Part shown: piece after piece, positions 1 to 9,705 of the stretch
Layout of the letters: the number at the start of each line of letters is the position of its first letter
Position numbering within the stretch: position 1 is the stretch's first letter
From: Candidatus Omnitrophota bacterium
Lineage (GTDB): Bacteria > Omnitrophota > Gorgyraeia > Gorgyraeales > Gorgyraeaceae
NCBI GenBank assembly: GCA_018819285.1
Contig: JAHJQM010000010.1
Location: forward strand, 10,930 to 74,929
DNA length: 64,000 nt
Direction: 5' to 3'
Translations under genes and position numbers: made by a program
The notes under the pieces: generated by a model
What the model saw: only the letters and a program-made list of their open reading frames with translations
The model's database searches: none
What the model was told of the DNA's origin: nothing

Positions 1-663
1 CATAATGAAAACTGGCACGCAGGGGTGATGGGTATTGTTGCTTCCAGGATATCAGATAGATTTAACAGGCCAGCGATCCTTATTTCAACTAAAGACGGTA
101 TAGGAAGAGGCTCTGGGAGGTCTATTGAAAATTTCCATTTATTCGAAGCACTCAGCAGCTGCGAGGAATTCTTAAAAGAATACGGAGGGCACCAATATGC
201 GTGTGGCCTGACTATACTTGAAAAAAATCTGGCTGGATTTATAAAATTGATAAATGAATTAGCTGTCAACACCATGACAACAGAAGATTTAATCCAATCG
301 CTTTGTATTGATATGGATATAGAGTTAAACATGCTCGATTATAAAATAGCAGAGGATATAGCGAAGCTTGAACCTTTCGGAGAAGGAAATCCTGAGCCGA
401 TATTTTGTTCCAGAAATCTGAGATTAGCTCAGCCGTTGAGGGTATTGAAAGGAGAGCATATTAAATTTCAAGTTACTGATGGTAAGAAAAATTTTGAGGC
501 AATAGGGTTTGGGATGGCTAGGGATAGCGATATAGAACTTGCGCTGAGAAATAATATTATGTTTGATATGGCTTATACTGTTTCGCTTAATAATTGGCAG
601 GGTGTAAGTACTGTTCAGCTGAAGATAGAGGATATCAAGCCTTCTGGACCTTGCCGGCTTTAA
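1..663 (+). CDS. recJ: Single-stranded-DNA exonuclease RecJ, C-terminal part (5' end outside window)
   Basis: WHAGVMGIVASR, GRGSGRS, YGGHQYACG and LEPFGEGNPEP motifs (DHHA1 and OB region); frame open from base 1. Confidence 0.95.
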   Translation, partial: HNENWHAGVMGIVASRISDRFNRPAILISTKDGIGRGSGRSIENFHLFEALSSCEEFLKEYGGHQYACGLTILEKNLAGFIKLINELAVNTMTTEDLIQSLCIDMDIELNMLDYKIAEDIAKLEPFGEGNPEPIFCSRNLRLAQPLRVLKGEHIKFQVTDGKKNFEAIGFGMARDSDIELALRNNIMFDMAYTVSLNNWQGVSTVQLKIEDIKPSGPCRL

Positions 664-862
664 GGCAGGATGTGCATATCTTTATTGTTTTTACAGTGCC
701 TTTTACAATAATCTTAGCAGCCTGCAGATTAGGCATAAATCTTCTTCGGTTTACTCCTGTTATCTTTAATCCTACGCCGCCTTTTGCTTTTGCCAAACCT
801 CTTCGCGCAATGGTTCTTCCCGCTATAGGCCTTTTTCCGCATATTTCACAAACTTTTGACAT
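635..862 (-). CDS. rpmB: 50S ribosomal protein L28
   Basis: MSKVCEICGK...RRRFMPNLQ...ICTSCLK; AGGAG SD upstream of the ATG at 862. Confidence 0.95.
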   Translation of the reverse strand: MSKVCEICGKRPIAGRTIARRGLAKAKGGVGLKITGVNRRRFMPNLQAAKIIVKGTVKTIKICTSCLKAGKVQKA

Positions 863-997
863 GTATAAATCTCCTTTATTTGTATAATGATTTAGGTTAG
901 AATAATAGCACAATATAATTATATATGCAAGGAGAATTTCTAATCAAATTTAAACAAACTCTAGACTTAAAGCCAAAGAATATTTTATTTCTATAAA

Positions 998-2638
998 ATG
1001 AAATATCAAACTATTGCGGATAAAAATATAATAATCTATTTTATTTTAATAATATCTTTAGGTTTCGTTGTTTATTTTAATTCTATAAACAGTGGCTTTA
1101 TCTGGGATGATCATCTTCTAGTTAAGGATAATCTTTACATAAGAAATTTGCCTAACATAGGGAAGTTTTTTAGCGGGGCTATATCTACGGATACTAATAC
1201 AAAGTATTTTTTTTATCGCCCCCTTCAGATGGTTAGTTATGCGATAGAGTATTCATTGTGGAAATTAGACGCTAGGGGGTACCATCTTGTAAATATCTTT
1301 TTACATATTTCAGTAGCTTTCGCTATCATTTGGTTTATTAATATTCTTTACGCTGATATCTTTCTGGCATGCCTTACAGCTATTCTATTTATCGTTCATC
1401 CTGTACATATAGAATCAGTAAGTTATATTTCCGGACTTTCAGATATGTTAGGGGCGTTATTTATCTTTATTTGTCTATCCCTTTATATACGCTCGAAATC
1501 TTATGCAATTATTGGACTAACTTATATTGCCGCATTATTATCTAGGGAGACAGGCTTAATTCTTCCGGCATTAATTTTAATTTATCACTTTGCTTTCAAG
1601 AAAAAAATTAATTTTAAACATTTTCTTTTTATTTTGGAAATAACTTTTACCTATATTTTATTAAGGGTTATTTTTTTAAAGCCAGAAATAATTTATTTTA
1701 CCAGTATTTTTCAAAGGGTTTTGGGTTTTTTTGCAGCTTTAACTACGTATTTTAGGCTGTTAGTATTTCCGCTTGACCTGCATATGGCATATGGGCTAAA
1801 AACATTTAGCTTGATCAACGCTAATGTAATAACAGGCTTTTTAATATTTGTTTTTCTTTTGTTTTATGCCTTAAAGAAAAAGAAAGATAACGAATTGATT
1901 TTTTTCTCTATTTTCTGGTTTTTAGTTGCGCTTTTACCGGTCTCAAATATTTATCCAATCAATGCTTATATGAGCGAGCATTGGTTGTATGTTCCATCGA
2001 TAGGTTTTTTTCTAATTTTGGCAAAAGGCCTAGTGTGTTTATACAAAAATAAAAATTTTTATCCTATTGCCATTATTTCTATCGTGACTCTATTAACTAT
2101 TTATTCTCTCTTGACTATTAGGCAGAATGAATATTGGAAAGATCCTGTATTTTTTTATAAAAGGACATTAAAATATGCTCCTCATGATTTGAGATTGTAT
2201 ATTAATCTTGGTAATGCGTATGCTGACACAGGTAAATTTCAGAAGGCAATATACTGGTACAAAAAAGCATTGATACGCGCGCCTAATAATTGGAAATTAT
2301 ATCTTAATCTAGGTGCAGCGTATGCTGATATGGGTAGATTGCAAAAGGCAGTACGCTGGTACAAAAAGGCATTAAAAATAAACCCGGATTCTATAAGTGT
2401 TTATAATAACTTAGGAGTGTTGTACATACGTCTTGGCAAATGTAAAGAGGCGATATCGTCATACAGGAAAGCATTAGAAATAAATCCAGATTATGCCAGG
2501 GCATATTTTGGTTTAGCTGAAGCTTATTTTTATGATAAGCAATATAATCTAGCTATTAAATATTGCGATGAAGCAGTTAAGTTTAAATACAATGTTCCAA
2601 AAGAATTTTTAGATATGTTGAACTCATATAGAAAATAG
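998..2638 (+). CDS. TMTC-like membrane glycosyltransferase (GT-C fold) with C-terminal TPR repeats
   Basis: N-terminal WDD motif, YRPL, HPVHIESV, many TM helices, EHWLYVPS, then TPR repeats. Confidence 0.8.
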   Translation: MKYQTIADKNIIIYFILIISLGFVVYFNSINSGFIWDDHLLVKDNLYIRNLPNIGKFFSGAISTDTNTKYFFYRPLQMVSYAIEYSLWKLDARGYHLVNIFLHISVAFAIIWFINILYADIFLACLTAILFIVHPVHIESVSYISGLSDMLGALFIFICLSLYIRSKSYAIIGLTYIAALLSRETGLILPALILIYHFAFKKKINFKHFLFILEITFTYILLRVIFLKPEIIYFTSIFQRVLGFFAALTTYFRLLVFPLDLHMAYGLKTFSLINANVITGFLIFVFLLFYALKKKKDNELIFFSIFWFLVALLPVSNIYPINAYMSEHWLYVPSIGFFLILAKGLVCLYKNKNFYPIAIISIVTLLTIYSLLTIRQNEYWKDPVFFYKRTLKYAPHDLRLYINLGNAYADTGKFQKAIYWYKKALIRAPNNWKLYLNLGAAYADMGRLQKAVRWYKKALKINPDSISVYNNLGVLYIRLGKCKEAISSYRKALEINPDYARAYFGLAEAYFYDKQYNLAIKYCDEAVKFKYNVPKEFLDMLNSYRK

Positions 2639-2671
2639 CTTAAGATAATATAATGTGCAAGAAAAATAGAT

Positions 2672-3595
2672 ATGATAGACTATATTAAAAAAGCTTATAA
2701 ATTAATGGAATCGTGCAGGCTTTGTCCGCGTAAATGCGGAGTTGATAGATTGAAGGGCCAGACGGGATTCTGTAAAGCAGGGAAGTTGCCGATGGTTTCA
2801 AGTTTTCACGCTCATTTTGGCGAAGAGCCTCCAATCTCAGGCAGGAACGGCTCAGGTACGATATTTTTTACGCATTGCAGTCTCAGGTGCGTATTCTGTC
2901 AGAATAATCCTATAAGCCAGTTAGGCCAGGGCAAAGAAACAAGCGCAGAAGAACTAGCAGTCATGATGCTGAGATTACAGACAGAAGGCTGCCATAATAT
3001 AAATTTTGTAACGCCTACTCACTATATACCGCAGATGTTGGAAGCGATATTTATTGCAAGAGATAAGGGTTTGAAAGTTCCATTAGTTTATAATTGCGGC
3101 GGATATGAATCAGTAGAGGCCCTGGAGATTTTAGACGGGATAATTGATATATATATGCCAGATATGAAATATTCCGACAATACATCAGCTAAAAAATATT
3201 CAAATGCCCCGGATTATTTTGAGGTTAATAAAATTGCAGCAAAAGAGATGTACAGACAAGTAGGAGGTTTAAAGATGTATAGAGGCATTGCGAATAAAGG
3301 AATTTTGATAAGGCACCTTGTATTGCCTGAGGATTTAGCTGGCAGTCAGAAAATATTTGAATTTATCGCTAATGAGTTATCGCCAGATACATATGTTAAT
3401 ATAATGGCGCAATATTATCCGTGCCATTCAGCAAATAAATTTCCAGAAATAGACCGCAGGATCACTGCCAGAGAATACATAGAAGCGATCAAATTAGCTG
3501 AAAAAGCAGGCCTCAAAAACGGCTTCAGGCAGGTTATGAGTACTATAAAACGCAAACGTATCCCAGAATGGACTGACAACCTGAAAATAAGTTGA
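2672..3595 (+). CDS. Radical SAM protein (PflX-like)
   Basis: CRLCPRKC N-terminus, CSLRCVFC (CxxxCxxC), HFGEEPPISG, NINFVTPTH. Confidence 0.9.
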   Translation: MIDYIKKAYKLMESCRLCPRKCGVDRLKGQTGFCKAGKLPMVSSFHAHFGEEPPISGRNGSGTIFFTHCSLRCVFCQNNPISQLGQGKETSAEELAVMMLRLQTEGCHNINFVTPTHYIPQMLEAIFIARDKGLKVPLVYNCGGYESVEALEILDGIIDIYMPDMKYSDNTSAKKYSNAPDYFEVNKIAAKEMYRQVGGLKMYRGIANKGILIRHLVLPEDLAGSQKIFEFIANELSPDTYVNIMAQYYPCHSANKFPEIDRRITAREYIEAIKLAEKAGLKNGFRQVMSTIKRKRIPEWTDNLKIS

Positions 3596-3625
3596 CACTC
3601 TAACATTGTCAGAGTGTCAACTTAT
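3587..3625. repeat. Palindromic repeat family A, copy 1
   Basis: ataagttgacactctaaca-t-tgtcagagtgtcaacttat; contains the TGA stop of the radical SAM gene. Confidence 0.95.
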
Positions 3626-3637
3626 AGGATGATGGGT

Positions 3638-5707
3638 ATGAAAGATTTAAATATTTCTGCAAGATTTGTTAAGGGCGTCGGGCCTTCCAGGTTAAGTACA
3701 TTGAGCCATCTAGGCATAGAGACTATATATGACCTTCTTTATTGTTTTCCGCGCAGGCATGAGGACAGGAGCAGGATCAAGAAGATAACTGAGATAAGGC
3801 CTGGAAATTTTGAAACAATAAAAGTAAAGGTGCTTACCTTTGGAGACCGCATGTCAAAAAAAGGCATGAGTATATTTCAAGTGGCTGTCGGAGATTCTAC
3901 CGGGGTAGTTCACGCTACATGGTTCAATCAGCCGTATATGAAAGATAAATTTAAAATAGGCCAGGAATTGATTTTATATGGAAAGGTGGAAAAATATAAT
4001 TATCTGCAGATAAATAATCCTGAATACGAAATCTTAACTGGCACAAAAGAAGATTTTGTACATATAGCGAGAATTGTGCCTGTATACCCGCTTACTGAAA
4101 GTTTGAACCAGCGATGGTTCAGAAATATTATGAAATTTACAGTGGATAATTATGTGGACGAGGTTAGAGAGATATTGCCGTTTGAGATGCGCAAAAGAAA
4201 CAATCTCATGATACTTAAAGAAGCTGTGAGAAATATCCATTTTCCAGTGAGTGATTTGGTTCTGAAAAAAGCCAGGGAAAGGATTATATTTGACGAGTTT
4301 ATGATATTACAGACAGGTATTGCGTTAAAAAGAGCTAGTATCAAGATAGATTTGAGCGGTTATAGCCATAAATTGGAAGGCGACCTGATAGGCAAATTTA
4401 AAAATAATATGCCGTTTCAATTAACAAAAAGCCAGTCAAAGGTGATAAGAGAAATAGAAGAAGACATGAAGAGCCAAAAGCCGATGAATAGGCTTATACA
4501 GGGAGATGTTGGCAGTGGGAAAACAATAGTGGCTTTATATGCGCTTATTCTGACTGTTCAAAATGGATACCAGGGCGCTTTGATGGTTCCCACAGAGATA
4601 CTCGCAGAGCAGCATTATAGAAATATAAAGACATTGATAAAGCCTCTTGGAATAAATGTAATGCTTTTATCGGGAGATTTAAAAGAAGAAGAGCGCAGGC
4701 GCAGGCGGCAGATGATAGAAACAGGCGAGGCAGATATTATCATAGGCACTCATGCCCTTATTCAAGAAGGAGTCAATTTTAAAAAATTAGGCCTTGCAGT
4801 AATAGACGAACAGCACAAATTCGGAGTCATGCAAAGGGCAATATTAAAATCAAAATCACAAAATCCAGATATACTTGTTATGACAGCGACTCCTATACCA
4901 AGAACTCTGGCATTGACTGTTTATGGAGATATGGATGTGTCAACAATAGACGAATTGCCTCCTGGTAGAGGCGGCGTCAAGACGTTTTTCTTCGAAGAAA
5001 AAAATAGAGACAAAGCTTATAAGATCGCAGAAGAGGAAATAAAAATAGGCAGGCAAGTTTATATAGTTTATCCTATCATAGATGAATCAGAGAAATCAGA
5101 TTTGAGAGCAGCTATTAAGATGCATAAAGATCTGAGCCAGCGTTTTACTGATTTAAAAATAGGGCTTTTGCATGGAAGGATGAAATCAAAAGAAAAAGAG
5201 ACGGTAATGTGCGATTTTAAAGACCGTAAAATAGATATGCTGGTTTCAACCGTAGTTATAGAAGTAGGCGTGGATATCAGCAATGCCAGCGTGATGATTA
5301 TAGAGCATGCCGAAAGATTCGGGCTTAGCCAACTGCATCAATTAAGAGGTAGAATTGGAAGAGGTAAGCACATATCTTACTGCATATTAGTCAGCGAACC
5401 AAAGACAGATGATGCAAAACACAGGTTAAGCGCTATGCTGAATACCCAAGATGGTTTTAAGATAGCGGAAGCTGATCTTGAAATCAGAGGGCCTGGAGAA
5501 TTTTTCGGCACAAAGCAGCATGGCCTTCCTGAATTGAAGATAGCCAATATAGTAAGGGACAGGGATCTGTTAGAACTTGCTAAAGCAGAGGCATTTGATT
5601 TAATTAAAAGAGACAGGTTTTTAAGATTACCTGAAAACAGATTGATAAGAGATAGCCTTTTGTCTAAATTTAGCAAGGAAGACTTAGAACTGGCTTCAGT
5701 AGGATAA
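3638..5707 (+). CDS. recG: ATP-dependent DNA helicase RecG
   Basis: QGDVGSGKT, DEQHKFG, MTATPIPRT and QLHQLRGRIGRG motifs; start moved to ATG 3638 because the track start lies inside repeat A. Confidence 0.97.
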   Translation: MKDLNISARFVKGVGPSRLSTLSHLGIETIYDLLYCFPRRHEDRSRIKKITEIRPGNFETIKVKVLTFGDRMSKKGMSIFQVAVGDSTGVVHATWFNQPYMKDKFKIGQELILYGKVEKYNYLQINNPEYEILTGTKEDFVHIARIVPVYPLTESLNQRWFRNIMKFTVDNYVDEVREILPFEMRKRNNLMILKEAVRNIHFPVSDLVLKKARERIIFDEFMILQTGIALKRASIKIDLSGYSHKLEGDLIGKFKNNMPFQLTKSQSKVIREIEEDMKSQKPMNRLIQGDVGSGKTIVALYALILTVQNGYQGALMVPTEILAEQHYRNIKTLIKPLGINVMLLSGDLKEEERRRRRQMIETGEADIIIGTHALIQEGVNFKKLGLAVIDEQHKFGVMQRAILKSKSQNPDILVMTATPIPRTLALTVYGDMDVSTIDELPPGRGGVKTFFFEEKNRDKAYKIAEEEIKIGRQVYIVYPIIDESEKSDLRAAIKMHKDLSQRFTDLKIGLLHGRMKSKEKETVMCDFKDRKIDMLVSTVVIEVGVDISNASVMIIEHAERFGLSQLHQLRGRIGRGKHISYCILVSEPKTDDAKHRLSAMLNTQDGFKIAEADLEIRGPGEFFGTKQHGLPELKIANIVRDRDLLELAKAEAFDLIKRDRFLRLPENRLIRDSLLSKFSKEDLELASVG

Positions 5708-5745
5708 ACAACTGTGCTCAAGACCAGGTCTTGAGCACAGTTGTT
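5707..5745. repeat. Palindromic repeat family B, copy 1 (perfect 39-bp palindrome)
   Basis: aacaactgtgctcaagacc-a-ggtcttgagcacagttgtt directly at the recG stop. Confidence 0.9.
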
Positions 5746-5760
5746 AGAAAGTAAATAGAT

Positions 5761-6324
5761 ATGAAAATAGTAGCAGGTGAATATAAAGGCAGGATCATAG
5801 ATATGCCGGTTGGAATAAGGCCTACGTCTGATAAAGTAAGAAAGTCTTTGTTTGAGATACTCAAAAATCAGATTGGAGGAGCAAGTTTTTTAGATCTTTA
5901 TTGCGGAAGCGGAGCAATAGGCATAGAGGCATTGTCGCGCGGCGCAGAAAAAACCGTATTTATTGATAATAATCATGGTTGTATCCCTGTCTTAAAAAAA
6001 AATCTGAATAAGATAGGAATTTCGCAAACTTCATATGACATATATAATAAAGATTGTATAAATGGTATAGGCATACTTCAAAAGTCAGGGGCTTCTTTTG
6101 ATATTGTATTTCTTGATCCTCCTTATTACATGGGCTTGGCTAAAAATACCTTGATAGAACTATCCAATTGTGATATACTAACGCCTAATGTTTTGGTTAT
6201 AGCAGAGGTATTTAAGAAAGAAAGTCTTCCTGAAGTATTGGGCAATTTCAAGAAAACCAAGTCGTATAAATACGGCGATACGCTATTGGAATTTTATGAA
6301 AAATATAGCCATATATCCAGGTAG
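5761..6324 (+). CDS. rsmD: 16S rRNA m2G966 methyltransferase RsmD
   Basis: IRPTSDKVR, LDLYCGSGAIGIEALSRGA and DPPY motifs; upstream of coaD. Confidence 0.93.
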   Translation: MKIVAGEYKGRIIDMPVGIRPTSDKVRKSLFEILKNQIGGASFLDLYCGSGAIGIEALSRGAEKTVFIDNNHGCIPVLKKNLNKIGISQTSYDIYNKDCINGIGILQKSGASFDIVFLDPPYYMGLAKNTLIELSNCDILTPNVLVIAEVFKKESLPEVLGNFKKTKSYKYGDTLLEFYEKYSHISR

Positions 6325-6772
6325 TTTTGACCCTATTACGTATGGGCATTTGGACATCATAAAAAGGGCAATCAAAATATTTGATAAAGTTATTGTAGCA
6401 GTGGCGCATAATAGCGAAAAAGACCCCCTTTTTAATGTTTCTGAAAGAGTCGAACTTTTAAAAAAGGTTACCAGAGGCATTAAAGGTGTTGAGATAGATG
6501 ATTTTCAAGGCCTAGTAGTAGATTATGTGAAAAGCAAAAAATCTAAAGTTGTCATAAGAGGACTCAGGATGATTTCAGATTTTGAATTTGAGTTTCAGAT
6601 GGCGCTTACAAACAGGAAACTTTCTAAAGATGTTGAGACAATATTCATGATGCCATCAGAGGCATATTCTTATCTGTCTTCAAAATTAATAAAGGAAGCT
6701 GCTAGCCTTGGAGCAAATTTAAAAGGTTTTGTGCCGGCATTTGTTGAAAAAGCAATAAAAGCGAAATTATGA
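6296..6772 (+). CDS. coaD: Phosphopantetheine adenylyltransferase
   Basis: YPGSFDPITYGHLDII, RGLR and SSKLIKE motifs. Confidence 0.97.
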   Translation: MKNIAIYPGSFDPITYGHLDIIKRAIKIFDKVIVAVAHNSEKDPLFNVSERVELLKKVTRGIKGVEIDDFQGLVVDYVKSKKSKVVIRGLRMISDFEFEFQMALTNRKLSKDVETIFMMPSEAYSYLSSKLIKEAASLGANLKGFVPAFVEKAIKAKL

Positions 6773-7782
6773 ACTTTTTAGAAAAGATATACGAACGTGG
6801 CCGTAAGGCGAAGAAAAAGATTCTACTATCAGAACCGCACGATGAAAGAGTTCTTAGGGCCATAGAGAGTATTTTAAAATCCGGGATTTGTGTGCCTGTT
6901 CTGATAGGCGATCATGAAGAGGCAAATGGAGTGGCAAAAAAACAAGGGATAGATTTGAAAGGACTGGAGATAATAGATAATAAAAAATCAAAAGATTTGG
7001 ATAAATATGTAGCCTTATATTGCGAAAAACGTAAGCACAAAAAAATTAGTTCCGAAGATGCATTAAAAATAATCACAGAAAATCCTGTTTTTTACGCCAG
7101 CCTTATGGTTAGCGCTGGAGATGCAGATGGATCTGTGGCAGGCGCTTCTATAACTACCCGTGATGTTGCAAAAGCGGCTATCTATTGCATAGGCCCAGCA
7201 GAGAATATAAAAACAGTTTCGAGCTCAACGCTTTTAATACTGGACGATAAGACTCTCGGGTCTAACGGTATCTTTATATATGCTGATGCAGGTATCGTGC
7301 CTGATCCAACTGCAGACGAGCTGGCAGATATTGCAATATCAAGCGCAAGGATGGCAAAGATACTATTAGATGACCAGCCAAAGATTGCGATGTTGAGTTA
7401 CTCAACTAAAGGCAGCGGCGGCTCTAGTAAAAGCATACAGAAAGTCCAAGAAGCTACAAGGATTGCAAGAGAGAGAGAGCCTGACTTACTCATAGAAGGA
7501 GAAATACAGGTCGATTGTGCAGTAGTGCCGGAAGTAGCTCATAGAAAAGACCCTAATTCCAGAATTAAAGGCAGAGCAAATATTTTTATATTTCCAAATT
7601 TAGATGCCGGAAATATTTCATATAAATTAACTCAACGCCTTGCAAAAGCGCGCGCTATAGGACCGCTTCTCCAGGGTCTTCAGAAACCAGCCAGCGACCT
7701 GTCGCGCGGCTGCGATTTTCAGGATATTATAGATGCAGTTGCGATAACAGCTGTCAGGGCACAAGGCGGGTTATTAGTTTAG
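6769..7782 (+). CDS. pta: Phosphate acetyltransferase
   Basis: AMLSYSTKGS, FPNLDAGNISYK and DLSRGC motifs; adjacent to ackA. Confidence 0.95.
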   Translation: MNFLEKIYERGRKAKKKILLSEPHDERVLRAIESILKSGICVPVLIGDHEEANGVAKKQGIDLKGLEIIDNKKSKDLDKYVALYCEKRKHKKISSEDALKIITENPVFYASLMVSAGDADGSVAGASITTRDVAKAAIYCIGPAENIKTVSSSTLLILDDKTLGSNGIFIYADAGIVPDPTADELADIAISSARMAKILLDDQPKIAMLSYSTKGSGGSSKSIQKVQEATRIAREREPDLLIEGEIQVDCAVVPEVAHRKDPNSRIKGRANIFIFPNLDAGNISYKLTQRLAKARAIGPLLQGLQKPASDLSRGCDFQDIIDAVAITAVRAQGGLLV

Positions 7783-7785
7783 AAC

Positions 7786-7855
7786 TAATTCCTTAGCTAA
7801 TTTACACCCGCTAAAGTTCTTTGACGGGTGTAAATTCAGAGGTGACTATACATTG
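7786..7855 (+). repeat. Repeat family C, copy 1 (conserved arms with variable hairpin; carries the SD and TTG start of ackA)
   Basis: taattccttagctaattt...aaattcagaggtgactatacaTTG; same arms at 21902 and 52032. Confidence 0.85.
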
Positions 7856-8896
7856 TTAATTCTTGTTTTAAATAGCGGGAGTTCTTCAATAAAATACAAG
7901 CTTTTTGATATTCAAGTTAGTTCGGAAAGGCTTTTGGATAAAGGGCTTTTAGAGAGGATAGGAGAAAAGATCCCTAGCCATAAAGAGGCTATTAATATTA
8001 TATTAGATAAGGCAGGGTCTAAGATAGATGCTGTGGGCCACAGGGTTGTGCATGGAGGCGACAGATTCAAGGAGTCTATTTTAATAGATGATAATGTTAT
8101 AAAAGCGATAGAGGATTTTATTGAACTGGCGCCGCTGCATAATCCGCCAAGCCTATTGACAATAAATGAATCGAGGAAAATACTCTCAAATATTCCCCAT
8201 GTGGCTGTATTTGATACAGCTTTTTATTATGACATGCCTGAGTATGCGTATTTTTATGCGATCCCCTATAAATTTTATGAAAAGTATAAGATTCGTAAAT
8301 ATGGTTTTCATGGAACCAGCCACAGATATGTATCTGAACAGGCAGAGCGTCTTTTAAAGAAGCCTTTAAATGAACTCAAGCTTATTACATGTCACCTTGG
8401 GAATGGGTGCAGCATAACCGCTGTAAAAAACGGCAAGGCAATTGATACAAGCATGGGTTTTACTCCTCTAGAAGGCCTTGTGATGGGCACGCGTTCAGGC
8501 GATCTGGACCCGGCTATCATACCTTATATAATGGAAAAAGAAAATATAGATGTAAATGCAGTTATGGATATTCTAAATAAAAAAAGCGGACTTTTAGGTA
8601 TTTCCGGGTTAAGCAACGACATGCGTGAACTGATGAAAGAAAAAGGCGCAAATAAAAAAGCAAAATTGGCGTTGGATATTTTTATTTACAGGATAAAAAA
8701 ATATATAGGTGCTTATATGGGCGTAATGTCAGGATGCGATGCAGTGATTTTCACAGGGGGCATAGGAGAGAATAACCCAGGCCTTATTGAGGAAATTTGT
8801 AAAGGCGTCGTTTCAAAGGAGACAAAGACCCTGGTGATTCCTACAGACGAAGAATTGATGATTGCCCGGGACACCTATCGCATTGCAGTAAGTTGA
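7853..8896 (+). CDS. ackA: Acetate kinase
   Basis: NSGSSSIK, GHRVVHGG, APLHNP, YGFHGTSH, HLGNG, TGGIGEN and TDEE motifs. Confidence 0.97.
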   Translation: MLILVLNSGSSSIKYKLFDIQVSSERLLDKGLLERIGEKIPSHKEAINIILDKAGSKIDAVGHRVVHGGDRFKESILIDDNVIKAIEDFIELAPLHNPPSLLTINESRKILSNIPHVAVFDTAFYYDMPEYAYFYAIPYKFYEKYKIRKYGFHGTSHRYVSEQAERLLKKPLNELKLITCHLGNGCSITAVKNGKAIDTSMGFTPLEGLVMGTRSGDLDPAIIPYIMEKENIDVNAVMDILNKKSGLLGISGLSNDMRELMKEKGANKKAKLALDIFIYRIKKYIGAYMGVMSGCDAVIFTGGIGENNPGLIEEICKGVVSKETKTLVIPTDEELMIARDTYRIAVS

Positions 8897-8925
8897 CACT
8901 CTGACATTGTCAAAGTGTCAACTTA
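8889..8925. repeat. Palindromic repeat family A, copy 2
   Basis: taagttgacactctgacattgtcaaagtgtcaactta; contains the ackA TGA stop. Confidence 0.95.
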
Positions 8926-8935
8926 TTTTGAAAAT

Positions 8936-9373
8936 ATGAAAATATATGTCGATAAGATACCAGAAGGCGGACTAGAATTATCCGAAAAGATCCAACCGGA
9001 AGCGCTTTTAATAGATACGGAAGGCATAAATTTTATTAAACCTATAGATGTAAAGGCGGATGTTTCAAAGATTTGCACTGAGATTTTTGTGGATGTTGCG
9101 CTGGAAACGTATGTAGAATACACATGCGGGAAATGCCTTAGCAAATTTGAAGATATTTTTAGAAAAAAGTTTAACATGGTACAGGAGGTCAGGCCTGCGG
9201 AAGTAGTGGAACTGGACGATGAGATAAGACAGGAGATAATACTAGATTGTCCTGTGAAAATTATTTGTAAAGCTGAATGCAAGGGGCTTTGTCCTAATTG
9301 CGGACAGAATCTAAATACAGGGGATTGTGGTTGCGAACATAATGGGCCGATTGAGAATCGGCCTCTACATTAA
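8936..9373 (+). CDS. DUF177/YceD family protein
   Basis: CGKCL and CKAECKGLCPNCGQNLN motifs; conserved position upstream of rpmF-plsX. Confidence 0.9.
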   Translation: MKIYVDKIPEGGLELSEKIQPEALLIDTEGINFIKPIDVKADVSKICTEIFVDVALETYVEYTCGKCLSKFEDIFRKKFNMVQEVRPAEVVELDDEIRQEIILDCPVKIICKAECKGLCPNCGQNLNTGDCGCEHNGPIENRPLH

Positions 9374-9376
9374 ATC

Positions 9377-9450
9377 TTGCTTTGTCCCGCCCTTTTGGCG
9401 GGCTACTAAGAAGACTCGCCAAAAGGGCGGGGCTTCGCAAAATATGGAGG
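9377..9450 (+). repeat. GC-rich double hairpin upstream of rpmF, ending in an SD
   Basis: cccgcccttttggcggg...ctcgccaaaagggcggg inverted arms, then gcttcgcaaaatatggagg. Confidence 0.7.
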
Positions 9451-9457
9451 TTACAAA

Positions 9458-9658
9458 ATGCCTTTACCGAAAAGAAGACATTCAAGTTCAAGACAGGGTA
9501 AAAGAAGAGGTTCTCAGAAAGTCCACGTGCAAAGCATTGCCATGTGTCCTAATTGCAAATCACCCAAATTGCCTCACCGCGTATGCAGCGTATGCGGCTA
9601 TTACAAAGGCAGGCAAGTGATACAGATTAAAGAGAAGAAGAAGAGGGAGAAAAAATAG
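9458..9658 (+). CDS. rpmF: 50S ribosomal protein L32
   Basis: MPLPKRRHSSSRQGKRR...CPNC...HRVCSVCGYYKG. Confidence 0.97.
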   Translation: MPLPKRRHSSSRQGKRRGSQKVHVQSIAMCPNCKSPKLPHRVCSVCGYYKGRQVIQIKEKKKREKK

Positions 9659-9705
9659 TTTTTATTTTTGAGTTATCATTTATTGTTGCACAATGAGGGT
9701 TTTAT

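Noticed and set aside
3614-3637. ORF-track N-terminal extensions of recG (also yceD 8915, merR 21917, etfA 28768, priA 47798, gap 54209)
   Set aside because: These starts fall inside repeat elements; downstream starts match family N-termini and SD positions
9327-9620. 97-aa ORF overlapping yceD/rpmF, and the 594-887 ORF antisense to rpmB
   Set aside because: Alternative-frame shadows of well-supported ribosomal protein genes
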